DNA from: an uncultured delta proteobacterium
Lineage (GTDB): Bacteria > Desulfobacterota > Binatia > Bin18
Reading direction: 5' to 3'
Length of the DNA stretch: 64,000 nt
NCBI GenBank assembly: GCA_963733195.1
Contig: CAVTCR010000060.1
Coordinates: 32,001-96,000, forward strand
In this document: in pieces, positions 8,898 through 18,579 of the stretch
Layout of the letters: the number at the start of each line of letters is the position of its first letter
How positions within the stretch are numbered: position 1 is the first letter of the stretch
The notes under the pieces: generated by a model
What the model saw: only the letters and a program-made list of their open reading frames with translations
What the model was told of the DNA's origin: nothing
Databases searched by the model: none
Made by a program: the position numbers and the translations under genes

Positions 8898-11406
8898 GTG
8901 GGGGATGCGGGGATGAGGAGTCTACAGCACTACTTCAGGACCAGTAAGGCGATGGCAGTTTTTATAGCACTCGCAACGGCTTCTGCCTGTGCCCATCGGT
9001 CAAACCGAGCAGCGACAGTCGCACCCTCCACTCCTGCTTCACCTACAACAGAGTCATCTGCCTCAGCACAAACAACACAAACAGCAGACAGCACAACGCT
9101 CCGGTTGAATGAGGTCCAGCTCACAGAAACTGCTGGCCAGCGGAGTCTCTTATTTCGTTTCTCTCGCCCACCTGAAGGAGTAGACTATTTCCCCTTACGA
9201 AATCCGAGCCGCCTTGTTGTGGACGTGAAGGGGCCCATTGATGCTCCCACAAAAGTTCAGACCTATAAAGCCACGGATGCTCAAGTGAACTCGGTTCGGG
9301 TGGGATCATATCAAGGCCGTCTCCGACTCGTTATTGACCTCAAGGGGACGATGGCACCACAGTTTTCGGTCGATAGTTATGAAACCCTGGTATCCGCATT
9401 TATTGGTGAAAAAGATCTCACTAAAAGTGCATCGCATAGCAATAGTCAGATCCTTTTTGCCTCAGCAGAAGAGGGGCGTGGAACGCAGGGGCCAGGGGTG
9501 TCCTCACACAGCGAAAAGAAATCAACGACTCCTCCTGGTCCTACCGATACTCAATCGCGATCGGTACAATCTCCAACCGCTGGCGAAGCAAGTGATAAAA
9601 CAAAAAGTGTAGTCGCCTCTCAAGCCTTGCCTGAAGAAAAGCTGCCCTCAACGTCAGTGAAAATACCAGATCTGGAGCAGTCACCTGCTCCGGCTCCCGA
9701 GGCTCCGGCTCCTGCATCTGTCAATAAGCCGATTGATATCGCCCAAGCTACACCAGAAGAAATCGCCACCACCCTCACAACGTCCACGCAGCCGACGCCC
9801 GCGATCTGGAGGAGAGCCGATTCTTCCTCCTGCTTCCTCTGACCCCTCATCGCTCTTAGACCCTTCAGGAGAGTTTCGCCCCGTTTCCGCAACAGATTAT
9901 TCTGGCCGAAAAATTTCTCTTGATTTTAAGAATGCTGATATCCACGATGTTTTCCGTATCCTTGCCGACGTCAGTGGTCTAAATATCGTTGCTACTGATG
10001 ATGTGAAGGCACGAGTCACTTTACGATTGGTTGAAATTCCTTGGGATCAAGCTCTTGATGTCGTGTTACAGGCAAATGGGCTAGAAAAAACTCGGACTGG
10101 TAATGTCATTACAATCTCAACTACCAAACGCCTTGAGATAGAGCGGAATGCTCGATTGTTAGCGCAGAACGCACAGCGAAAAATTGCGCCACTTGAGACT
10201 GCATACGTAAGGATTAATTACGTTAAGGCAACAGATATTGCCGCAATCCTGACGAGAGAGGTCGAACAGCAGACCAGCGTTGCGGGAGGCATGGGCGGCG
10301 GCGGACAGCAGCCGCAGACCGCAGCTGGAGCCGGAGCCGGAGGGAAGACCCAGGTCGCTTTGATGTCCCCGCGTGGAACTGTAGCAGCCGATCCGACAAC
10401 GAATGTCGTCATCATTCGCGATATTGCCGATCGCATCGCGTCAGTGAAGGAGTTGATCCGCCAAGTCGATGTCCAAACTCCACAAGTTGTGATTGAATCG
10501 TACATCGTTACCGCCGCCCAAAATCTCAACCGAGATCTTGGTATTCAATGGGGTTATAATTATGTAGCGTCGCCAGAGACTGGCAATCCAACTGGGGCCA
10601 ATTTCCCCGGCCGAATCGGACTTGGTGGTTCAGGACTCGGGACGGGGAGTGGAGGGGTTCCGTTTATCGCTGACTTTCCTGCTGCGACAAGCGCGGGTTC
10701 AGGAGCCGCGCTAGATCTCGTTTTAGGGTCATTAAGTGGAAGCCAAGCACTTAATGTGAGATTGAGTGCCTTAGAGACCGAGGGGAAAGCGCGAGTCATT
10801 TCGCGACCGAGGGTTGTCACTCTCAATAATAAGATCGCGCAGATTAGATCTCGACGAGTCATCCGTGTCCCGATTATTTCTGACACCTTAAACGTCGGTG
10901 GGGCTGGAGCTAATCAAGGTGGAGGCGCCGCCTTTCAAGAATTTGATGTGGGAATTACCCTTAGCATTACTCCACAAATTTCCTCGGATGGTTATGTGCT
11001 GCTTGATATCGACGCTGAGAGCAGCGAACTGGCAGCGACTGCTAGTGTTGCTCCTTCTGCCCCTTCAGCTTTCGTGCCGGTTATTCCTGATACGCTGACC
11101 CGGACAACAAGTTCAAATGTATTGATCCGTGCTGGCGAGACGTTCGTTCTTGGTGGAATTTTACAAGATAATATGCGGCAGACTGAAGAGGGAACACCGT
11201 TTCTCAAAGATATGCCTGGACTTGGCTGGCTCTTTAGTGGTCGTACGAAAAACCGAGGAACCGATGAGCTGTTAATTTTCGTTACGCCGAAGCTGATCGC
11301 GGGGACCGGAACAACAGGACTCCCTACGGCGCAGCAGCTGTGGGAGAACCGGACACAAGAGACAGCTCCAACAGCTTCGACCAGTGCAGCACCGATCGGT
11401 CGCTAA
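8898..11406 (+). CDS. pilQ: Type IV pilus secretin PilQ (AMIN domain, linker, secretin), split by one frameshift near 9780-9800
   Basis: ORF 8898-9842: lipoprotein-like signal and AMIN domain (NPSRLVVDV, RLVIDL). ORF 9733-11406: YSGRKISLDF, PWDQALD, secretin domain, ELLIFVTPK. Confidence 0.9.
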
Positions 11407-11453
11407 GGAACAAGAGTAGTTAAGTCAAGACGAAAGGAGTTTCAATAGAGGGT

Positions 11454-11749
11454 CTAGAAGTCTAAGAGCTCGTGGTTGAGGGGAATGTGGTGTGAGGATG
11501 TGGATGGAGCTCTTAGACTTGTAGGTTGCTCAGTAAACAAAAGAGGAAAAGGCTGGGACGGTCGGAGGCTTGGCAGCTGGAAGCTGGCACGCTTAAGTGA
11601 GGAGGAGCGGCGGGGTGGTGGAAGCGAGGGACGGCATGCTTTCTAGTTTCGAGCCTCCGACCGTCCCTGTCGGAGGTGGGGAGAGACGAGGTATGTGGTG
11701 AGGAGGACAGGACGACTATGGGGGCGGAAACTTAGGTTTCCGCCCCTAT
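11454..11749 (+). ncRNA. Candidate structured RNA or regulatory element (three hairpins, GGA-rich loops)
   Basis: Inverted repeats 11454-11471/11507-11524, 11555-11570/11652-11667 (extends inward with G-U pairs) and 11718-11731/11736-11749; no convincing protein-coding gene. Confidence 0.45.
11718..11749 (+). terminator. GC-rich hairpin, terminator-like but with no clear U tract
   Basis: ATGGGGGCGGAAAC-TTAG-GTTTCCGCCCCTAT. Confidence 0.5.
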
Positions 11750-11856
11750 CATCTCACTCTGGTGACGCAATCTAGTATGCTAGCGGAACCCGTGTTAGGA
11801 AACGGAGACAGCGTGCTCGGTGCACTGCAAGTAAAAGATCAAGGGACGAATATATT

Positions 11857-13017
11857 ATGCTCCGTTTCTTTACCGCCGGTGAGTCACATGGTCCATGTCT
11901 GACGGCGATTGTTGAGGGTGTTCCTGCGGGAGTACCAGTCGATGTCGTAACGATTAATCAAGATTTAGCACGTCGACAGCAAGGTTACGGCCGCGGCGGG
12001 CGTATGAAAATTGAGAAAGATGAGGTGCAAATTCACTCAGGGGTTCGGTGGGGAGAAAGTTTAGGATCTCCAATTACGCTCGTTGTTGAAAATAAGGATT
12101 GGAAAAACTGGGAGAAGCGCATGTCTCCTTTCGCTGGTGATCGAGACGAAAAGATAGCAGTCACTCGCCCTCGACCAGGACATGCTGATCTCACTGGGGT
12201 ACTGAAATACAATCATAAAGATGTGCGCAACGTCCTTGAGCGAGCGAGTGCACGAGAAACAACCGCGCGTGTAGCCGTTGGTGGACTCGCCAAGTGTATC
12301 TTGCATCCGTTCAACATTCGCGTAATGGGCTACGTCGTTGAGATTGGCAAGGTTGTTGCCAATCATTCGCGTTTAACGGCAGAGGAGATTTTCGCTCGAG
12401 CAGAAGTTTCCCCGGTACGCATGGCAGATGCGACGGCTGAAGAACAGACTATTACTCTCATTGATCAGTATAAAAAACAGGGAGATACCCTCGGTGGCGT
12501 TGTCGAGGTTGTCGCAACAGGATTGCCACCAGGTTTGGGAAGCTTTGTGCATTGGGACCGTAAACTTGATGGACGGCTTGGACACGCGTTGTTGAGCTTA
12601 CAGGCAGCAAAGGGAGTAGAGATTGGTCTGGGTTTCGGGACAGCACGACTCCCAGGGTCACAGGTACACGATGAAATTTCCTTCGATCAGGAGAAAAAAT
12701 TCGTACGCCATAGCAACAACTCTGGGGGAACGGAAGGAGGCATGAGCACGAGTGAGCCCTTGCGGGTACGTGTTGCCTTCAAACCCCTTTCGACGCTGAT
12801 GCGGCCATTACACTCGGTTGATATTGTGACCAAAGAGCCGGTGGAGGCAACCATCGAGCGTTCTGACGTTTGTGCCATTCCGGCAGCAGCAGTCATCGCC
12901 GAAAGCGTCGTCTCGTTCGTTGTGGCCCAAGCATTTTTGGAAAAGTTCGCTGGAGATTCCTTGGTTGAAATGAAGCGGAATTACGAAGGATACCTCGAGC
13001 AAGTGCAGCAGATGTAG
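11857..13017 (+). CDS. aroC: Chorismate synthase
   Basis: TAGESHGP, RPRPGHADL, ERASARETT, ERSDVC. Confidence 0.97.
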   Translation: MLRFFTAGESHGPCLTAIVEGVPAGVPVDVVTINQDLARRQQGYGRGGRMKIEKDEVQIHSGVRWGESLGSPITLVVENKDWKNWEKRMSPFAGDRDEKIAVTRPRPGHADLTGVLKYNHKDVRNVLERASARETTARVAVGGLAKCILHPFNIRVMGYVVEIGKVVANHSRLTAEEIFARAEVSPVRMADATAEEQTITLIDQYKKQGDTLGGVVEVVATGLPPGLGSFVHWDRKLDGRLGHALLSLQAAKGVEIGLGFGTARLPGSQVHDEISFDQEKKFVRHSNNSGGTEGGMSTSEPLRVRVAFKPLSTLMRPLHSVDIVTKEPVEATIERSDVCAIPAAAVIAESVVSFVVAQAFLEKFAGDSLVEMKRNYEGYLEQVQQM

Positions 13018-13022
13018 GGATT

Positions 13023-13538
13023 GTGCAAAGTCAGCGCAATATTATCCTGACTGGGTTTATGGGGACCGGCAAAAGTGCCGTAGGAAGAAGACTTGCAGCT
13101 CGGTTAAGACGACGATTTTTTGATACTGATGTGCTTATTGAGCAGGAAGCAAAAACGTCAATTGCAAATATTTTCTCTCAGAAGGGAGAAGCGTATTTTC
13201 GGGCCTTAGAGAGAGAGATGATCAATCGTATTTGTCAGGAGAAAGTAATAGTGATTGCTACGGGAGGTGGAGCTATCGTCAGCGAGGAAAATGCCACGCG
13301 TTTGAAAGAAAACGGGACGGTCATCTGTTTGACTGCTACTCCTGAAACTATTTTTGAGCGCGTACGTAACAATGCTGATCGCCCACTTTTGCAAGGGCCA
13401 GACCCTCTCGAAAAAATTCGTTCACTGCTGGCAATTCGCGCTGAAGCCTATGCAAGGGCAGATATGACTATCGATACCTCCACTCTTGATATCGAGCGCG
13501 TTGTGGAAGCAATAATCTCACTCGTCGGAAAAACATAG
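13023..13538 (+). CDS. aroK: Shikimate kinase
   Basis: GFMGTGKS, GEAYFR, ATGGG, RPLL. Confidence 0.95.
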   Translation: MQSQRNIILTGFMGTGKSAVGRRLAARLRRRFFDTDVLIEQEAKTSIANIFSQKGEAYFRALEREMINRICQEKVIVIATGGGAIVSEENATRLKENGTVICLTATPETIFERVRNNADRPLLQGPDPLEKIRSLLAIRAEAYARADMTIDTSTLDIERVVEAIISLVGKT

Positions 13539-13550
13539 TAAGTATTCGAC

Positions 13551-14624
13551 ATGGAAAGCGTCACAGTAAATCTTGGTCCGCGCTCATATCAGATCCTCAT
13601 TGGCACAAATCTTCTTGCTAACGTAGGGGGATTACTTCGTGAGCAAGGTTTACGTTCCGGACCTGTGGCTATCGTAACAGACTCAGTGGTAGGGCCTTTA
13701 TATAAGAAAGCGATCAGCGCTTCGCTTTTGCAAGCCGAATTTACACCAATTGAGATTGAGATCCCCTCTGGTGAAGAACATAAAAATCTTACCTGGCTTT
13801 CCTTCATTTACGATAAGCTGGTGGAAGGGCATCTTGAGCGTCGTTCACCGCTTATTGCACTCGGGGGCGGCGTTGTTGGAGATCTAACAGGTCTTGCTGC
13901 TGCAACATTTCAGCGTGGGGTTCCTTTCGTACAAATTCCGACGACCCTCCTCGCTCAAGTTGATGCAAGTGTTGGTGGAAAGACTGCCATTGACCATCCA
14001 GCCGGTAAGAACTTGATTGGAGCCTTCTATCAACCACGACTAGTTGTGATTGACGTTAACACTCTACGGACCCTGCCTGAGCGTGAGTTTCGTGCCGGAA
14101 TTGCTGAAGTCATCAAGTATGGTGTCATTCTCAGCCCTGAACTATTTGTTCTGCTTGAGCAACGCTTGGAGAGTTTGTTTCGCCTCGATCCAGCACTGCT
14201 CGCAGAAGTGATAAAAATCTGCTGTCAGTTAAAAGCCCGGGTTGTAGAAGAAGACGAAACAGAAGGTGATTATCGTGCAATTTTGAACTTTGGCCATACA
14301 CTCGGACACGCGATCGAAAAGGCAACGAGATACACGCAATATCTTCATGGTGAGGCAGTCGCAATCGGAATGGCTTTTGCCACGCGTCTCTCCCAACAAC
14401 GCGGGTTCTGTGATGAAGCATTGCGCGAACGCCTGCAACGGCTCCTAAAAAGTGCAGGGCTGCCGTTTACAGTTCCATCGGAACTCACAAGCGAACATCT
14501 TGTTGCAGGAATGACGACAGACAAGAAAATAGCTGAAGGAAAAGTAAAATTTGTTTGTGTAGAAGAATTGGGGAAAACTCGATTTGAGTATCTCAACGTG
14601 AGGGAGATCAGCTCTTATCTTTAG
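13551..14624 (+). CDS. aroB: 3-dehydroquinate synthase
   Basis: GGGVVGD, PTTLLAQVDASVGGKT, LNFGHTLGHA, HGEAV. Confidence 0.97.
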   Translation: MESVTVNLGPRSYQILIGTNLLANVGGLLREQGLRSGPVAIVTDSVVGPLYKKAISASLLQAEFTPIEIEIPSGEEHKNLTWLSFIYDKLVEGHLERRSPLIALGGGVVGDLTGLAAATFQRGVPFVQIPTTLLAQVDASVGGKTAIDHPAGKNLIGAFYQPRLVVIDVNTLRTLPEREFRAGIAEVIKYGVILSPELFVLLEQRLESLFRLDPALLAEVIKICCQLKARVVEEDETEGDYRAILNFGHTLGHAIEKATRYTQYLHGEAVAIGMAFATRLSQQRGFCDEALRERLQRLLKSAGLPFTVPSELTSEHLVAGMTTDKKIAEGKVKFVCVEELGKTRFEYLNVREISSYL

Positions 14625-14706
14625 AATGTTCTAGGAAAGCCGGGCAGTAGGGACATCCTGAATCGATAGAATTTCTTGAAGTCCCGTAGCAGGAAGGAGG
14701 TGTGGT

Positions 14707-15352
14707 GTGGGAGCGGTTGGACGGATAATAAGGGTAGCATTAGTAGTGGGGTTCTGTGTTGTCGGGTGTGGCGACAGCGGCGACAACGATAATGGTATTT
14801 CTTTTCGCGCAGTCGGATTTTTTCAAGGCACTTTTCAAGATGATAGATGTCACGGTCCCGACAACTGATGAGGCCATTGCCGACCAGAGTAACAATCTTG
14901 TACTAGACAGCGCTTTAGTGGATTCCGGTTATCCTGCTGGCGCTTTCTTTTGCCGCGCCTATCTCTGGTTGGAAAATAACCTGCGCAATCAGGCGATAGT
15001 TGTCGACCGCCTTGATTTTGAATACGAGATTCCTGGTTCACAGATTGGCGTTCCTGCTCACTCTTCTTCTGTTGGCATTCGTGTGAATCCTGCTGGCGCG
15101 GATCCCGAGACCTCGCCTAGTCCATTCGGGCCGCCGAATGTGTACATTGGCCTTCCTGAGGCGCAGATGGTACCTGCGAGTCTGGTTTTGTTCTTACGGC
15201 AAAACCGACAGGCACTCCCACAGCTTCCATACACGATGATCGTCAAAATGACTGCACATGCTCGCAGTGATGCAGGACAGGGCTTAGACAGTAACGAAGT
15301 TCGGTACACGATCACATGGGAACAGGATTTGCGGCAAGTCCCAGCTCCTTAG
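14707..15352 (+). CDS. Hypothetical lipoprotein with one frameshift near 14850
   Basis: SD AGGAGG then GTG 14707 gives MGAVGRIIRVALVVGFCVVG-CGDSGDND (lipobox); removing one base near 14850 joins it to the beta-rich frame of ORF 14756-15352. Confidence 0.65.
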
Positions 15353-15452
15353 TAGTACCGAGAGAATAAGAACAGAAAAAGGGAACTTACAGAAGCGAAA
15401 ACAACACTTTGCGATACAAGCAAAGTACTCCAGCATTCGAATGAGGTGTGGT

Positions 15453-16910
15453 ATGGGACGTTGTGGTGGATGGATAAAAGGGATTGCGCTTTTTCTTGTG
15501 GCGCTCTCGATAAGTTGTGGAGATACAGGAGGTAAGAAATCCTCAAGCACCGGAAAGCCTTTTGTTTTTCAGGCGCGGGCACGCCTGAATATGAGCTTGC
15601 CCGGTCGTTCCAGAGAACTCAAAGTTTTTGCACATCACCGCGACACTCATCGACCCTCAAGGCAATCCGTTCCGTAATCAGCGCGTGACTTTCGAAGCTG
15701 AATTTCCTGACGCAATCTTCATTCCTCTTAATAGCACTGAGACTGAAGCTCTGGCCTGCCTTGCCCAATCAGGCGTCGGCAACGCTACTCGCTGTACCAA
15801 CCGCGGGGCGGCAATTACTGACGATAACGGTCAAGCCAAAGTTACTCTCTTTGCTGTCGTTAGATCCATCTAATGCACCCAGCAATCCTGTGCAGTTGTA
15901 ACCTCGACCCTACAATCCGACTGTTTTATGCGCGTCATAGCTGAAGCTCCAAATTCACTCGACGTTGCCACAGCGATTTCCGTTCCCTTTACCGTGACAG
16001 GATTTCTCATTGGTGGAGATCTCTCCATTACTCCACCAGCAGTCACCTTCGTGAATCCGCTCGTTCAACCTGGGACAGATGGACCAACGGTCACGTTTTC
16101 TGTCCAGGGTGGCCGTCCTCCGTATAGATGGGACAATCAAAACAAAGCTCTTGGCAAACTCACCCCTACAAGTCCACCAACTGAATTTGATCAACAATTT
16201 GTGTATACGATTGTTGGTGCTCTTCCTACCGATCCAGGCTCGGATGCTCTTACGGATACGATAACTGTTACTGACGCAGCTCGGAGCAACAGTAACTGCA
16301 ACTGTCACCGTAATTTTTGCCGATTGTACGCTTAACCTTTCCGTTGCACGGTAAATTTTAGCGAAGCGCGAGGAGGAGAAACTTTCGATATAAATATTAA
16401 CAACGGAGTAGCGCCTTTTACTGCGACACAGTACTTTCCCAGAGGCCGGACACCATTTCTATCGATCAATGACAACAGGGGTTGTCACTTTCACCGTTGC
16501 CGATCCTCCTGTCGCTGTAGCCCCTGATACAATCACCATCCGCGATAGTCGAGGCTGCGTTGGTAGTGTCGAGGTGACTATCACTCCAGCAACCCCACAA
16601 ACTATCGTACTAGTGGCGAGATCCGACTTCGATTTGTAGCACTAATGGCGGAAGTTCAACATATCACTGCTACTCGCCTTGGATAGCCGAATAAGCCTTT
16701 CGATGGAACAAACCTGCTTTAACCACGACCGCAGGGACTTTAAGTCAGCTGCTACCACACAACTGACACGATGGAAAGGCAACCGTGACTCTTACCCTCC
16801 CTGCTGGAACAACCGCTGCGACAGTCACGGCAACGGCTCCTGGAGGTGCAACTGGAACTGTTACTGTTACTGTGCTCGCTACAGGCGACGGTACGCCTCC
16901 GTGCCCGTAA
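15453..16910 (+). CDS. Ig-like domain (Big-1/invasin-like) lipoprotein broken by many frameshifts
   Basis: Lipobox LSIS-C; fragments HITATLIDPQGNP..VTF, TDDNGQAKVTL, VQGGRPPYRW, NNGVAPFT..ITIRDSRGC, DGKATVTLTLP..ATVTATAPGGATGTVTVTV; stop TAA at 16908-16910. Confidence 0.65.
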
Positions 16911-17007
16911 CCTGCTCCCTGAGACCTGGACAGAGGGAGAGACGGTACGAAGTCTTCTCCTTTGCACTCTCGTTGACGCCACACTCAAGGGTTTATAGTG
17001 TGCTGAG

Positions 17008-18417
17008 GTGGCGTCACGATATATCCCCCCGGATAAACAAAATACTCGTCGGAATTGGCAAACAGACTCTCGCAAGTCTGGTCCATTTTCACGAGACGAT
17101 CGTGAGAAAAAAGTAGACCACTACGTTCGCCCGCGGCGGGAAACGTTCACTACACGAAGGCGAGACGAGGAGAATAATAGAGAGCGATTTGTTAACCGCC
17201 CAGCTGCTACCTCCCAGCGCCCGCCGTGTCCACACTATCCTGCATGCTTTAGCTGCCCTTTTATCCAGTTTCCCTATTTGCAACAGCTCGAAAAGAAGTA
17301 CGAGATTATTACGAAAGCGATCAGAGGCTACCCTTCCCTCGCCTCATTGATGGTTCCTTCTCTCATCCCTTCCCCGTATCAATTTGGCTATCGCACACGA
17401 GTGAAATTGGTGGTTCGGCGAGTAAACGGTAAAGTCGTTATCGGTCTCTATCGACCAGAGACGCACGATGTCGTTGATACTTCCGCCTGCCCGACGCATC
17501 CCGACCCGATCAATGAACTCATACAATTCCTGCGAGAAGCAATCGAGCGACTCAATATCGTGCCTTACGATGAAGTCCAGGATACCGGACAGCTTCGTTA
17601 TCTCGATATTCGCTACAGCTTGTGGCAAAAACAAATGGTGCTAACCTTGGTCACACGGCATATGCATTTCCCGCAGGCACGTGATCTTGTCTTCCATCTT
17701 GAGCGAAAATTCCCCTTTATCAGCGGCATCGTTCAGAATATCCATGACAAGCCTGGGAATGTGATCTGGGGAGAACGGTTCCACCCGTTGCGTGGAAGAG
17801 ACACATTGCTCGAAAGAGTTGGCCCGTTTCGCATCATTGTTCCTGTCTATGCGTTTTCACAGGTGAATCCTCCAGTTGCTCGTCGCATTTATGAGACTGC
17901 ACTTGAATGGGCAAACATCACGAGCAAGGAGATTGCCCTCGACCTCTACTGCGGGATTGGGCCAATCTCACTTTATCTGGCCTCAAAAGCACAGCTCGTG
18001 ATTGGCATTGACGATAATGAAGGTGCAGTAAACACCGCGAAACAGAACGCCCGTCGTAACGGCTATCATAATTGTCGCTTCTTTGCCGGCGATGCTGCAG
18101 AAAAGCTTCGTGAGACAACCTCAGCTTTGCCACAAATCTCTGTTGCTGTCGTGAATCCGCCGCGCAAAGGGTTAAGTCCTGAAGCGTTCAGCGCTCTTAT
18201 TGGTTCTGGTCCAGCAAGACTCATCTATATTTCTTGTGAGCCAGCGACGCTCGCTCGCGACCTCGACCGCTTCAGTCGTGAGGGCTACGTAGTAAAAAAG
18301 GTACAGCCATTTGACATGTTTCCGCAGACAGACCAAGTAGAAACGGTGGCACTCCTTGAGCGCAAGGAAGAGCAACCTGTCGAGTTTAAGAGAAAAGAAG
18401 AGGCAGTAGCATCGTAG
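17008..18417 (+). CDS. rlmD: 23S rRNA (uracil-5)-methyltransferase, RlmD/RumA family
   Basis: CPHYPACFSC Fe-S motif, FSQVN, DLYCGIG, NPPRKG, YISCEPATLARD, FDMFPQT. Confidence 0.88.
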   Translation: MASRYIPPDKQNTRRNWQTDSRKSGPFSRDDREKKVDHYVRPRRETFTTRRRDEENNRERFVNRPAATSQRPPCPHYPACFSCPFIQFPYLQQLEKKYEIITKAIRGYPSLASLMVPSLIPSPYQFGYRTRVKLVVRRVNGKVVIGLYRPETHDVVDTSACPTHPDPINELIQFLREAIERLNIVPYDEVQDTGQLRYLDIRYSLWQKQMVLTLVTRHMHFPQARDLVFHLERKFPFISGIVQNIHDKPGNVIWGERFHPLRGRDTLLERVGPFRIIVPVYAFSQVNPPVARRIYETALEWANITSKEIALDLYCGIGPISLYLASKAQLVIGIDDNEGAVNTAKQNARRNGYHNCRFFAGDAAEKLRETTSALPQISVAVVNPPRKGLSPEAFSALIGSGPARLIYISCEPATLARDLDRFSREGYVVKKVQPFDMFPQTDQVETVALLERKEEQPVEFKRKEEAVAS

Positions 18418-18437
18418 TAGTTTGTCAGCTCGAGAAA

Positions 18438-18519
18438 AATCCCCTCGCGCTACGCGGACGGCCCCCTTTCTAAAGGGGGCTTTTGGAGTTCCCCTTTGAA
18501 AAGGGGGGCTGGGGGGATT
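18438..18519. repeat. Composite palindromic intergenic repeat (CCCCCTTT..AAGGGGG type)
   Basis: Two palindromes CCCCCTTTCTAAAGGGGG and CCCCTTTGAAAAGGGG, bracketed by AATCCCC...GGGGATT. Confidence 0.7.
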
Positions 18520-18579
18520 CACAACGAGTGCTGCAGTGCAAGGATCCCGTATGGTCTGTTTTAGTAGCAGCCCGTAGGA

